Position numbers and translations under genes: made by a program. Positions 24,433-38,437 of a DNA stretch of 64,000 bases are shown piece after piece (the stretch's first letter is position 1; the number at the start of each line of letters is the position of its first letter). Source of the stretch: Octopus sinensis (lineage: Eukaryota); the NCBI RefSeq assembly GCF_006345805.1, contig NC_043008.1, positions 40,238,001 to 40,302,000 of the forward strand. The letters run 5' to 3'. The notes under the pieces are model-generated. The model ran no database searches. It was not told the DNA's origin and saw only the letters and a program-made list of their open reading frames with translations.

Positions 24433-26679
24433 AACTTTCATCTTTTCCTTTTTTTAGTCATTAGACTGTGGACACGATGGGCACCACCTTCAGGATTTAA
24501 GTCGACTAAACCGAAGTCACTCCTTCTTTGTTATTTTGGAGACTGATTAATTCTCCTCTTAAGTGTCCGTCACTATTTGTAATAAACACCAAGGAGATAA
24601 AGTGGGAATGTATTAAATATGCCAGTCGTGTCATTCAAATAAATACTCCATTTTTTAAACAGGAATAAACAGTATGTAAGATAAAGACAATGGCATCCAG
24701 TGGTGTAACAGCGATCTCTAAATTGCCCCACGAGCTCATATTTTTAAAGATTGCTACGTCGAATGCATCACTAACTTTATTTCACTGGTACTTCAATTTA
24801 TCTATATCAGAAAGCTTCGATTTAAATGGCAAGGTGCAATAAGTAAGACCGCAAGACAATCTTCCGACGCTTTCATGAATCTATAAATCGATTGTCCTAG
24901 ATCTACTGTATCTGTCAGTTGCATAAAGTATAAACGTTTTACTCAAGTACGTATAGGTAAATGAACCTATCTGAAATATTTTGAGAAGTGCTTTAATTTA
25001 TTAAACCCAGAAAAATATAAAGTGAGATGGTTACTAGCATAACTTGAACTAATAACCTATTATTAATATCAATATACGTATCACAAGCTCTTGCTCCCGG
25101 CGATATAATTTTCTACTAATATGGCACTCATGCTTTATTTCAGGCGTTGTCTATTTACAATACAAAGTGTGCACAATCAAGAGCGCTCATTTTAACTTCA
25201 TTTTAATATAAACTTGCATATAAGGACGACATCTCTTCTATAAGCTCACAAATTCCGATCTAATTCAAAATGATGTGCTTGCTAACATCATTTGCGTTTA
25301 TCCCAATATATGGAGTATTCGATAGTTACATCAATTCTTAATGAAAGTTACGCAATTTTGCTGAAGTTAGTCAAAGCATTTCCCTATAGGTTACTGTACT
25401 TGGATCTTAGTATGAATTGTAATTACTGATGCTTGACTTGCGATTTGATGACATCTCAGTGATGTTTCTGAGTATGTAGAGAAAGTATGTAGTAAATAAG
25501 ACAGAAAAAGCTTGAATGTAGTAGAAAATGGAAATAAGCATCAGATTGACTAACCATTATTTTTGATATCGTCGGAATCTTACGTGCAAAATTTTAAGCA
25601 TGCTACCTGAAACAATATGAAAAAAAACAACAACACAGATTTTTACCTGCATGTCTCTGTATACTTAAAGGTACCCATTGAACAGATTGGGCAAATTTAA
25701 ATATAACGTTTTAATATACGATATATGTATATACCAGTTAGTTGTCCACAGTTCGGTTAAATAGTTATTATTTTGTAGAATTTACATTTTACCGTATTTA
25801 TAATGATGGTTACACTCAGCTCTTTAACCGTTACCCCGACATGTAAACCTTTGACCAGTGCCAATGATTATTAATATCAACATTGACATCAATTAACTTG
25901 ATTAAATATTTCAATATTACTCGCATTTTAGTGGCATATACAATGTCGATGATGACCTAATACGTAACGAATTTGCAAATGTATTTAATAAATCAATATA
26001 TCGTTCACACACAATGGTGTTTGAAATAAGCAATTCATACCAGACTGATAAAAATACGTACAGTCGACATGGTCAAGTGGACAATATACGTCCGTAATTG
26101 TAATTGAACTTGAGCCTTTGAAGTAGTGTCATCGTAATATAATCATAGAGATGTTAACAGCGTATGTGCTTAATAGAATCGAAAATAAAATAAAATCGTA
26201 TAATGATATCAAACATTTGACCGTTTGAAAGTGCTGCACAAATGCAATTACTCTGTAAAGTGGAACTGATTTCACTTTGATAAACAAGCAAGAAAATACC
26301 GTCAACAGTAGCAACAAAATTAAAAGGATGATATCATTAAGATAGACGATATGAAAGAGAAATACAAGTGGAGCAGCGAAAATATAGAACAGTATAAACA
26401 GAGAGAGTATAGGAATCGAGCAGCTTCAATGAAATTAATATTGACAACGGTGCAAAAAGTGACAGAAACACAATGTTAAATGACGGTAATAAAGAATAAT
26501 ATGACAAGTAATCAAGCATATGTTTGTTTATGGGTAATGGTTTATTTGCAATGGGAAAATATCTTTTTTCTGCTGTAGTTTTTCATATCGGACGTTTTGA
26601 AATAACTTACCTTCTGGTTATTGTAAACAATTTTACATAATCTCTTTCTGTGTCTCTATTCCCCAGCCCTCTCTCATTA

Positions 26680-26737
<58 letters not shown>

Positions 26738-26796
26738 TATATAAATAGGGAGAGGTAAAGTTATAGGTATATATTTGTTATCTTTCATAGTTTACA

Positions 26797-26839
<43 letters not shown>

Positions 26840-26907
26840 ATATAATCAAAAAATATATATAAATACGGAGAGGGGAAGTTATAGGTATATATTTGTTATC
26901 TTTCATA

Positions 26908-27326
26908 TTTTACTTGTTTCAGTTATTGGTGTGGGGCCATGCTGGTGCACCATCTTGAAAGGTTATAGTCGAACAAATCGCGCCCTTGGACTTATATTTT
27001 TAACACCTCATATTTATTCCATTGGTCTCCTTTGTAGAATCGCTGTTACAGGCACGTAAAAACACAAACACCCGTTGTCAAGAAGTGGTGGTGGACAAAC
27101 ACAGACACACATACACTCACTCATGGATATTTTCACACACATAAACACGTATATGAAATATAAGAAAATCTGCTTTCAGTTTCTGTATACTAAATCCACT
27201 CCCTTGGCTCAGTTCGGATCGAGCCTATAGTAGAAGACATTTGCCCAAGATGCCACACAGGAAGACTGAACCCAAAACCACGCGGTTCGGAAGCGATCTT
27301 ACTACTACACAGCCATGCATGCACCT
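26908..27326 (-). mobile_element. Older, diverged SINE family A relative
   Basis: tttacttgtttcagt...ccatgctggtgcacc...gaagacatttgcccaagatgccacacag...actgaaccc...acacagccat. Confidence 0.8.
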
Positions 27327-27358
27327 ATGTATGTATGTATGTATGTATGCATGTATAT

Positions 27359-27417
<59 letters not shown>

Positions 27418-28038
27418 ATATATACTATATATATATTATATGTACATATATATATACATATATATATATGTATATGCATGTATTACATATGTATATATAA
27501 TAATATATATATAATACATACATATATATATATGTGTGTGTGTGTCTGTGTGTATGTGTGAGTGCGTGTGTGTATATGTGATGTGTGTGCGTGTGTGTGT
27601 GTATTATTTAATAGATGCACACGCACAAACACATATATTCATAGCATGAAAGTTCACAATGCTGCTAGAAGGTATTTAGAATCGTTTGGCTTCCTACTAA
27701 TATTTTTTTTCTAACATCGACTATAGCTGGCAGAATTAGTGGATGTCTCTGCCAAATGCCACATGGAATATTTATTTACGCTCTTTTGCACTCTGGGTCG
27801 CATGAACTTTGATTTTTATCCATCAGTTGTCTACGCAACTAAAGTCAATCAAACAGCAGTTTCAAATGAGATGCCATTTCTAGTCATTACAATTCGTAGT
27901 AATGTGCCAACGTAATCAATGAATATGTATGCCTTCTTAGAGGGAAAGTTCTTGATGACAAGGCGAGCGTTAGAAAAGCACCTTATACAATCAGTCATCT
28001 ATATCTATATGTGTATATATTACGTATATACATATATA

Positions 28039-28081
<43 letters not shown>

Positions 28082-28116
28082 TATTATAGTATATATATAT
28101 ATATACATACATGTAT

Positions 28117-28164
<48 letters not shown>

Positions 28165-28167
28165 CAT

Positions 28168-28250
<83 letters not shown>

Positions 28251-28253
<3 letters not shown>

Positions 28254-28434
28254 AGAATTTACAAAAAAAAAAAAACTTCGAAGACAGGTGGTGTAAAAAG
28301 CAAACAAATGTATTAGTATAACGCTCAGAAATTGAAAAGGTTTATACGTTTCGAGCCTACGCTTTTCCACAGAAAAGAACACAGAATGAAACAAGGAGTG
28401 AAAAAAACGTGTGTTGTGGCTACCAATCTATCAT
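28251..28434 (-). mobile_element. Family P1 copy with HHR-like motif
   Basis: Minus strand CUGUGGA-AAAGC-GUAG-GCUC-GAAAC-GUA at about 28345-28372. Confidence 0.7.
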
Positions 28435-28437
28435 ATA

Positions 28438-28468
28438 CAGGGGTTGGACAAAATTATGGAAACACCGA
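28438..28468 (+). mobile_element. Solo Tc1-like terminal inverted repeat
   Basis: TA|caggggttggacaaaattatggaaacacc resembles Tc1-type TIR starts; no partner found. Confidence 0.5.
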
Positions 28469-28769
28469 GCATTATAGCATTATATCTATAAATATCATAG
28501 ATAGGTAAGTTCTTTGAGAGATTGCAACTTTATGTGCGTACGTAGCTCTGTGAGTTATTTGTGTTTGCCAATAATAGCATGATATCTTAGCATTATATCT
28601 ATAAAACCGTCAAAAGCCTTTTTATTTTATTTTTTGGTTTTTCCTTTCTTATTAGTGATGCTTAATATGTTTTGCTAAAACTACAATAACCCTTTGAGAT
28701 ATTGCGCTTTGTCTGTAAGTATGTATTCAATTGTTCATCCGACTTTGATTTGTCTACGGAAATACACTG

Positions 28770-28829
<60 letters not shown>

Positions 28830-29379
28830 TATGTGTGTGTGTTTTGTGTGTGTGGTGTGCGTGTGTATTTATATATATATATATATATCTACACACACAT
28901 ATATATATACATATGTATATATATATATTTTTTTTTCATATATGTATATAACATAGACATATATATATACAGATATATATATATAATATAGAAATTATAA
29001 TATAAGAAATAATGAGATTTAGTTGAATAAAGTACTAAGTTGAAGCCCCGAATCTGTGTGGTATCATCCGTACAACTCAAAGTAAGGTGTGTAAAATCAA
29101 AATAAGCAATATGATGTCAAGAGGTGATGCAGTACGACCGTTTCAAGCCACTCGATTTAATTGAACAATGCAATCATTACATCAATTTAAATGCAATGTA
29201 TCCTCAGCTGCATAAATAAATAAATACAATGTTTAATCAGTCGGACACATTTATATAATTTTGCTGAAATATAGAGCAAGAAGATGGAACGAATCCATGT
29301 TGCAACTAATGTAGCGAAGAATATAATGCACTTACAAGAAATGTATGAAGTTTGCTGGAGTCACAGCTTGTAAAGGATT

Positions 29380-30420
29380 GTGGTTTATTTTTAATTTATT
29401 AGTCTTTTTATCAACTAATAAATCTAAGACTAGAAGGCTGTGTTTGTTGAGAATGGAGGGCAGGAGTGAGTTGAGAGCACATAGCTGTGTATGGTCATAA
29501 ATATTGTGAAGGTTTTAGTAATATAGAGTAACTGTCTATAAAGGAGGCTGGTCCCAAATCAAGGGGCAAGACGTTAATAAAACCTATCATGTCAGTACAG
29601 AGGGCATTTAATCATGTGGTACTATGGGTAATTGTTTATAAACAATATTGTTATGTTGTATAAAGTCATAATTTAAGATGATCAAAAATGATAGTATAAC
29701 CTAAATAGATAACATGTGTATATATTCCAATTTTCAACATTAAAAAGGGATGATTACATAAAATTTGTTTAATATTATTTCATGTACTTAATTATTTACT
29801 TATTAGGTGGTTTCTATAAAGACTGCTCTGGGTATTTACTTATGGAATACTGTGGTGATAAATCATGCTATCTATATATTAATTATAATCTAAGAATCAG
29901 GAAAAAGTTGTATACGTTTACACACACATTTTTATCTATGTGCACACATGCAATAGACACAAATATCTATACGTTATTATAGATATATTATAATCACCTC
30001 TCAAAGACTTAAGTAACTAGAGAGTTTATATCTTTCTTTAAGAACAGTAATAACTTATAGGGGATAAGAGGTTAATAGGTAAATATTTCAAAATAAGAAA
30101 ACAAAATAAGGAATTATAGAGAATAGCAAGAAAATATATATAACTTACATTTTAAAGTGACAGAGTATTAAAATTTCAGGTTGTGGGGAGATAATGATAA
30201 CCTCAAAGAAGAAGCAATATGTATGGGAATAGTGAGTACATTTGGAGGTATTCAGACTGAAGAGGAATTTTATAAGTTGTAAAGTTACCGGTGCTATTAC
30301 ATACATGCTTTTATAGTTTCCCAGGGGTATATAATTAGGAGGCTTACATAAAAGCCATTACAAAAATACATAATATGATAGTAGCGAAACATCATAGAAA
30401 GAAACAAGTAGTTTAATCAA
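29380..30420 (-). pseudogene. Possible heavily decayed Penelope-like RT remnant
   Basis: Short frameshifted peptide fragments (e.g. IIKYMKIILNKF near 29760-29810) loosely resemble PLE RT C-terminal motifs. Weak. Confidence 0.3.
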
Positions 30421-31027
30421 AAACACGATGAAGTCAGACTAACTAGACATATTCAATGCACTTTAATTCATCATATCCCATGATTTTATCCCATGATTTC
30501 AAAAATAATACTACAGAGTAAACTCAAATCAGATACGACACTAAAAATTAATTTCCATCGTCTACGTTCCCGTATAACACCTATAAACACTAATTTCAAA
30601 AATATTTAAATGTACCGTTGACCCTATGTACGCATGATGCCCTTAGGTCTAATCTATTATTAATCAGGCTCTCTGGTTTCTATACTCCAAAATCTCATAA
30701 GTTTCCATAGAGCACAGCTCTCACCCCACTATCGCTATAAGTTTGCACTTTCTTTATTATATCCTATTTAAGACTAAAATCGATTCCTGTTAACGTCAGT
30801 TCCCAAATCTTGCTAGATAAGGACGCACAATTGGTTTTATGTTTGATAAATGGTTAATAATACATTTAAAAAAAAATTTATTGAACAGCTTATGTATTTA
30901 AAGTTAGCAGCTACACTTATGATTGTACATTTATATATTACGTGTGGGATTTTTTTTTTTGATTTGATTTGGTTTTATAAATGTATATATATCATACATA
31001 TAATATATACATATATATATATACAAA

Positions 31028-31063
<36 letters not shown>

Positions 31064-31077
31064 TATATATATATATC

Positions 31078-31110
<33 letters not shown>

Positions 31111-31123
31111 TACATACAACATA

Positions 31124-31158
<35 letters not shown>

Positions 31159-31570
31159 GGCGCAGAGTGGCTGTGTGGTAAGTAGCTTGCTTACCAACCA
31201 CATGGTTCCTGGTTCAGTCCCACTGCGTGGCAACTTGGGCAAGTGTCTTCTGCTATAGCCTCGGACCGACCAATGCCTTGTGAGTGGATTTGGTAGACGG
31301 AATCTGAAAGAAGCCTGTCGTATATATGTTATATATATATATGTGTGTGTGTCTGTGTTTGTCCCCCCCCCCCCAACATCACTTGACAACCGATGCTGGT
31401 GTGTTTGCGTCCCCGTCACTTAGCGGTTCGGCAAAAGAGACCGATAGAATAAGTACTGGGCTTACAAAGAATAAGTCCCGGGGGTTGATTTGCTCGTCTA
31501 AAGGCGGTGCTCCAGCATGGCCGCAGTCAAATGACTGAAACAAGTTATAGAGTAAAAGAGTAAAAAGAGT
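31159..31570 (+). mobile_element. SINE family A, full length
   Basis: ggcgcagagtggctgtgtggtaag...ggttcagtcccactgcg...cttgggcaagtgtcttct...(AT/GT)n...gactgaaacaag...(gtaaaaga)n; inside (AT)n. Confidence 0.92.
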
Positions 31571-31626
31571 ATATATATATATAATAATATTAGGGAATAA
31601 AATTGGATTTAATCCTAAATCTAAGT

Positions 31627-31695
31627 TTTCCCTGTAAGTTTGGATTTATTAATTCACTGTTTGATTTGCCTAATAGTGGTTTTATCTCTAATTTA

Positions 31696-31733
<38 letters not shown>

Positions 31734-31802
31734 CTATGTGTGTGTGTGATATATATATATATTATATTATATATATACACACACACACATATATTATATA
31801 TA

Positions 31803-31875
<73 letters not shown>

Positions 31876-31943
31876 TAAATTAGAGATAAAACCACTATTA
31901 GGCAAATCAAACAGTGAATTAATAAATCCAAACTACAGGGAAA
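31627..31943. repeat. Near-perfect inverted pair of P2 ends (~77-bp arms) around a microsatellite spacer
   Basis: Arms 31627-31703 and 31868-31943 differ by one base (gtaag versus gtag). The left copy extends to about 31590. Confidence 0.92.
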
Positions 31944-31945
31944 TC

Positions 31946-32003
<58 letters not shown>

Positions 32004-32017
32004 TTTTGTGTGTGTGT

Positions 32018-32064
<47 letters not shown>

Positions 32065-32242
32065 TATGTGTGTGTAGGGAACCTGATACTTCTCATAAAT
32101 CTGCTAATAAGCTCCTCGCTCTGGTTGGGAATTTCAGAAAATGGTAATATTTCGCTAAATATTATCCCCGGGTTACCATTTGCTTCTATACTTCGCTATT
32201 CGGTTGCTTCAAAATAATACGAGCCTCTTCCATTTTTACTGT

Positions 32243-32423
32243 TATTGTTTTGTATTATTCCACGGTTTTAATTTCCAATGTTCAATAAAAGCCAAACATT
32301 TCATACGTAATTTTCGGTATATTTCCCTATGTATTCTCTTTATAACCAATGGCACACTGAGGGTGTCTTTCTTTTAACTTGGAGTGTCTTTATTTTTAAA
32401 AAAAAGCAGAAAAGATATCTACG
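32243..32423 (+). repeat. Dispersed direct repeat, copy 1 (~180 bp)
   Basis: Matches 35093-35274 (offset 2850 bp). Confidence 0.9.
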
Positions 32424-33734
32424 CCTCAAGCCAAGGAGAATATAATCAAAATAAAAATATTTTTTTTTGTCTTTATTTATCTCAACTAAAAGATAAAATG
32501 AATTTGACACCCCAAAAATCATTAAAATGTTTGGCTCTTTCCTGGCATAGATTTAAATCGGAAATCGGTAAGAATGATATTGCTGTCGCTTCTCTAACTT
32601 ATTCTTTACCCCAGCTCCGCTTTCATCGAAGAAACATATAAACAGAGAAAGCGTCATGGACGAAACAGACAATTGTTTGTAATATCTAGTACTGTCGCAT
32701 CGAATGGCTTCTACCACATCTTTCAGGCCTGTAGTATGTTATTTGAGAAATGTGTAACTGCAAGTTTAAAAGTCTAGAGAGAGCGTAAGTGCTGCTTCGA
32801 GGTCTCATAGTATGTTTGATCTCATGACTCGTTAAATAGAAATTAAATAATGTAATTGCTTTGATGTGTTTTTGATACAATGCCTTACTCAACATTTGAG
32901 ATTTAAATCAGTTATTTGCGGTTTTCGCCTCAATACGAAAGAGAATATCCTAAAAGTTCCAAAAGTTATAGCTGTTCTCTTTCCAAAATATTCTTTAGAT
33001 ATTTTACCAAGACATGTCGAAGGACCTTTGAAAATCAGACTACTTTTGCATGTATATGTTTTCGCAGATTCCCATCTAATAAGAAACTAAGTTTGTGTAG
33101 AAATAATATGAAAAGTTATGTTCTTGAAATTAATCGGTGATTCTACTGAATTTACAGTAAGAAATATATAGATGCTCAACATATTTAAAATGTATGTGAA
33201 TGGGCTTATATTTTTTGCAAACGCAAATAACTCACACAGCTATATACGCACATAAAGTTACAATCTGTCAAAGAACTTACCTATATATTTAGGTATATAT
33301 CTGTACGTATGCATGTGTGCGTCTGTGTATGCGTGTGAGAGTTAATGCATATCTATGTGAGACTGGTGTATGTATTGGGACATAAAGAATTCTAATATAC
33401 AATGTCTGAAAAATGAATAAGAAGGTAGTGTGGTGTATAACATTGCACCTGAGAATACTTAAACACAAAACAGAACAGAAAATGAATAAAGCTTTAAAAA
33501 TACCCTTTTACCGTAGTTATTCTTCGAATTCTCTGACCTTTAACAAAATACACGGTGAAGGTGAAGATAAACGTCTCTCAATGAAATCAGCCATTAAAAT
33601 AAACACACGTATTTGCACACACTGAAGCCTTCTAAATAGATTGCAATAGGAGAAAAAAGTATTCATTCTTCATTTCTTTTTGTCATTTCATGTTATTTCA
33701 TTTGCCAAATACGTTACACAATTTCCATTTCTAT

Positions 33735-33865
33735 GAAACGATGATTATGATGATGATGATGATGATGATAATACTAATAATAATAACAACATTAATAATA
33801 GGACTAATAATACCGATTATCATCGTAATAACAATAATAGTAATGATTATGTTGACAACAACAGC

Positions 33866-33912
<47 letters not shown>

Positions 33913-33914
33913 TG

Positions 33915-33977
<63 letters not shown>

Positions 33978-33989
33978 TAATAATTAATA

Positions 33990-34022
<33 letters not shown>
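33735..34022. repeat. (GAT)n/(AAT)n trinucleotide array
   Basis: Directly visible; explains poly-Ile ORF 33690..33980. Confidence 0.95.
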
Positions 34023-35092
34023 CAGACATGAATAAATAAATCTCACTTCTGTGTCACAAGTCAAGAATTTTAGAATGGAAAGCTTTTATTGAATTTCTAC
34101 TAAACTAACTGCCATTATAGAGTCCAAACAGGAAGCAGATAGCAAAAAAGATCACATGGGTTCTCCAATTCACATTAATGGAGTAAATTTCGAAATATTG
34201 CGATCCTATTTAGACTTAATACATTGCCATGTTTCTTGAGGGAATTCACGGTTGAAATTTTGTTATTTTTTTTAAATATTATTTTCTGCATTATATCATT
34301 CAAATTCTTTGAGAATGTTTGGCTATAAAATTGTTTAGTGTTTATATAAAGTTTTTCTTCTCAACACAAATAATAGTTGCATATTTGGGAATGAGCTTTG
34401 TTAGAAATTAGACGTAAAATATAATAAATGTTATTCAATTGACTGTATAGCAGCGATGAGAATGTCGTATATACTTCGTAAAGGGAATTGTACACGTGAT
34501 GTCAAATAAACAGAATCATGTTTTCTTCCGTTTCATTCCTAGATTCTGAAAAACTTCGATATGTTATTTATATGAAGACAAGCTTCTTACGACTAGGTAC
34601 TATGAATTCCGATATGTAATGTTAAGGTCAAATGAGGAGGTTCAAGATCCAGGCCCTTCTGAAATGCGTCATCCGAACAAAGAAAATGAAATTCCAACTC
34701 TTGATTGAGCACCATTATCTCATTGTAAATCCCTGTACTAAGAAGATAGATATATACCATAAAAAACATTTTCGTATATACAGGCATTAAAAGCATATTT
34801 TACGTTACAAGAATCGATTGAAACAAACCTGATTCCATTAATTTTCAGATGCACGCGCATTCTGTTATGAAATTTACTTGAAAACATACATTTTATGAAA
34901 ACATACAATTTATTTGAAAACATACATTTTAAGGAAACAGGACACAACGTAACTGGGTACAAAACAATATATTTAAATAGGTCAGCCTTTCATATAGAAA
35001 TAATCAGAGCTCAAAAGAGATGTGGAACATATTTCAAAAATAGTTGAAACGATAATCAAGTGTTATACCAATAGTAAACTATTGTGATATGC

Positions 35093-35274
35093 TATTGTTT
35101 TGTATTATTCCGCGGTTTTAATTTCCTATGTTCAATAAAAGCCAAACATTTCATACGTAATTTTTGCTATATTTCCCTATGTATACTCTTTATAACCAAT
35201 GGCACACTGAGGGTGTCTTTCTTTTAACTTAGATTGTCTTTATTTTAAAAAGAAAAGCGGAAAAGATAACTACG
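35093..35274 (+). repeat. Dispersed direct repeat, copy 2
   Basis: Matches 32243-32423. Confidence 0.9.
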
Positions 35275-35657
35275 GATGCTTAGCAAGGCAGGAATTCGAG
35301 AATTCGGAACCCTTTTAACACACATATATAATTTTATCTTAACGTTTTTCTCTTTGTCTACCTCTATCTTTCTCCGATCTCTCACCCTCCCTCTCTCCAT
35401 CTCTATCTGTCTGAGTATATGCAAACATTTCTGTGTGCTTTATGTCTCGTTTCCGTCAATGGAATGCAACTATGCTGAGGCGCCATCATCAAATATTGAG
35501 TAGAACAAAACGAACAATAAATTGTTTTAATGTCTGACGTTTATTCTAAAGTCTTCTTTCTCAGACCGCTAAATTACGGGAATACAAGCAACCCAACATC
35601 GGTCCTGGTTGGGAGGGACACGCATAAAAAATATACACACACATGTATATATATATA

Positions 35658-36052
35658 GGAGTGGCTGTGTGGGAAGTAGCTTGCTAACCAACCACATGGT
35701 TCCGGGTTCAGTCCCACTGCGGGGCATCTTGGGCAAGTGTCTTCTGCTATAGCCCCGGGCCGACCAATGCCTGGTGAGTAGATTTGGTAGACGGAAACTG
35801 AAAGAAGCCTGTCGTATATATGTATATATATATGTGTGTGCATGTGTGTGTGTGTTTGTCCGCCTAGCATTGCTTGACAACCGATGCTGGTGTGTTTACG
35901 TCCCCGTCACATAGCGGTTCGGCAAAAGAGACCGATAGAATAAGTACTGGGCTTACAAAGAATAAGTCCCGGGGTCGATTTGCTCGACTAAAGGCGGTGC
36001 TCCAGCATGGCCGCAGTCAAATGACTGAAACATGTAAAAGAGTAAAAGAGTA
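35658..36052 (+). mobile_element. SINE family A, full length
   Basis: Same bipartite structure as 31159-31570. Confidence 0.92.
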
Positions 36053-36108
<56 letters not shown>

Positions 36109-36309
36109 TATGTATGACAAGAACTAATTTTCGTTTCATTTTATGGTAACAAACAAGAGGTGCTCAAGTGAAATTGACACAGACAAAAACAATCTTTCAT
36201 TAGAGAAGAAAAATCAAATTCGGGCCAACGACACTGTATAACCCCACGCTTCTATACATTGTATCATATACAAATAATACTATGGCCTTCAATATATAAA
36301 AAAAAAAAC

Positions 36310-36890
36310 ACATAAGCACAGAAGGTAAAAAAAATTATATATATCAAAATACAAGAAAAATTATATACCAATCAACTAAAATAGGTGATCAAAATGAATT
36401 AATAAGATATCAATCGACTAAGAATGCGTTAACCCCTCGATTAAAAGTATATCCAAATAGTTTTTTTTTTTAATGAAGCAATCCATGGTAGGTTCGCTAT
36501 CCATGGAGCGTAATAGACTTCCAAAGAAAAACAAACAGGTAGGTCAAACTCAACATCTATAGGCAATTCTGGAGTCCACCGCCGCGCTCCAATTGCAAGT
36601 TAAGGTGCATCTCGGCAATGACGCCCTCATCTGGATGAGCAAAGCCTTCTCGGAACTTCACAATCCAATTGTTCACAAACAAGAAGCTACCCTACTTTTT
36701 GGTACTATCTTACGCTCCTTGGATACCGGGCATACCATGGATTGCTTCATTTTTAAAAACGAATTATTTCGATATATTTTTAAGCGAACACTAAAATTTT
36801 TAATCGATTTGTATATATATTTTCTTGACAGGACTTTCTATATATTTTTATAAGTACATATACATTTTTACATTCATTGCTTATATATGT
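36310..36890. repeat. Old inverted repeat; best core 36472-36530 versus 36697-36755
   Basis: aatgaagcaatccatggta...tatccatggagcgtaa versus ttacgctccttggata...taccatggattgcttcatt; weaker similarity further out. Confidence 0.65.
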
Positions 36891-37259
36891 ATTGTTTTGT
36901 ATGTTAAAGGTCATGGTTTTATTAGTATGTATATATATGTGCATATATATATGTATACATATATAGATAGACAGACACACGGACAGATAGACAGACAGAC
37001 AGAGAGAAAGAGAGAGAGAGACAGATAGATCGATAGAAAGGCATATAGATAGATAGAGAGAGAGAGATAGAGATAGATAGATCGATAGATAGAGAGGGAG
37101 ATAGATAGACCTGCACACACGCGTAAATATATACGCGTCTATATGAATTGTGCAAAATACCAGGCCAGCTGTGATATGTACTGGTAACTAATGTTATTCC
37201 TGTAATGACATAAACTATATTCCTTCATACTAATTAAACATCGACTGCACGCACTAGAG

Positions 37260-37526
37260 CAGTGGCTGTCAAATGTGGTCTATAATATGAATCTTGGGGA
37301 TTCATACAAGATTTTGTTGTTAAAAATACGTGCTATAAATGGATTATATTTCTGCAATCAACAAAATATTTTAACATATTTTTATAGAAATGCTAAGAAT
37401 ATTTAATCATAAAATTATTATGAGATGTTTTAAAACATCGAATGTCTATGAGGGTTCAGTAGAGGAATATGAGAAACAGATGAATCCATAGGTAAAAAAA
37501 AAAAGAAAAAAATGTTGACAAGAAGG
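37260..37526 (+). mobile_element. hAT (Charlie-like) MITE with 8-bp TSD
   Basis: cactagag at 37252-37259 and 37527-37534; left end cagtggctgtcaaatgtggtc; right TIR degenerate (ttgacaag). Confidence 0.7.
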
Positions 37527-37605
37527 CACTAGAGTGTATATATCATTAATGCATTTGATAGATTGGTGCTTGCTCAATACCGTTTAAAATTATGAAACAC
37601 TTTAC

Positions 37606-37679
37606 CTGACAATTCAAAACTTGTACCGAGTTTGCTCCATGCCACGTTTCGTTGCAGCCATTCAAATCGTGAACTGTAT
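37606..37679 (-). CDS. Candidate coding exon of an unidentified gene
   Basis: Acceptor tttcatttactttag (alternative tacag 6 nt later), donor CAG|GTAAAG; open frame (D)TVHDLNGCNETWHGANSVQVLNCQ. Confidence 0.3.
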
Positions 37680-37773
37680 CTAAAGTAAATGAAATCGTAT
37701 CTGGACAAGTATCAAAGCGAACAGAAAATAATCAATGTTATGAAAGTGATTGATATGTCCCGGGAAAACTCAC

Positions 37774-37873
37774 CTGACAATTCGTGTCTTAAGAAATGAC
37801 CAATAGTATAATTTAATGCCGTAACATGTTGAGGGAAAAACGAAGTCGATTCGTGTTGTGGCAAATTTTGTAG
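37774..37873 (-). CDS. Candidate coding exon of an unidentified gene
   Basis: Open frame LQNLPQHESTSFFPQHVTALNYTIGHFLRHELS; strong donor CAG|GTGAGT, weak acceptor; phase-compatible with the next candidate. No homology recognised. Confidence 0.25.
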
Positions 37874-38437
37874 CTCATGTATTGACAGGGTAACAAAAAA
37901 TGAAACACGTACAAATTAGTCGTAACTTGCTTGATCGTTTGAAATGCAGATGGGAAGTGGTACAAAATTGGTAACACATACGAGATATACGATTATAATG
38001 TCGAATAACTAGCAGGTGCCTTCGTGCCAAGACTAATCGTCATCGTTCTCAACTGTTTTTTTTTCTTTTTTATTGGTGCGTTCTCATATATTATGAGTTT
38101 ATTTCATCCTTGTGAGACCAACAATGTAGTGTTTTATTTCGGTTTACAAAGGCCAGACAGAGGTAAAATATACACTGGGAACCACATTCAAATTGCACAT
38201 GTGCTCATTTATTGTATTAACCCTTTTATATTTGATAAAATATTATTTTATCCAAACCAATCAGTTTCAGCTACGTGAAGGCACTTTTCTGATTTCAATT
38301 TTCTTGCCATTTGTGTTTTACTTAACCTACATAAACATTTCGCTAAAACATTTGTATACTCCTGTTCCAATTCTGTTACTCGGCGTATATTTCATTGCAC
38401 AGATTTTTTAATGTTATATTCTTGGGTTCACAATTAG

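Noticed and set aside
34591-34658. Minus-strand segment with good acceptor and donor
   Set aside because: All three frames contain stops; a non-coding exon cannot be supported without RNA data.
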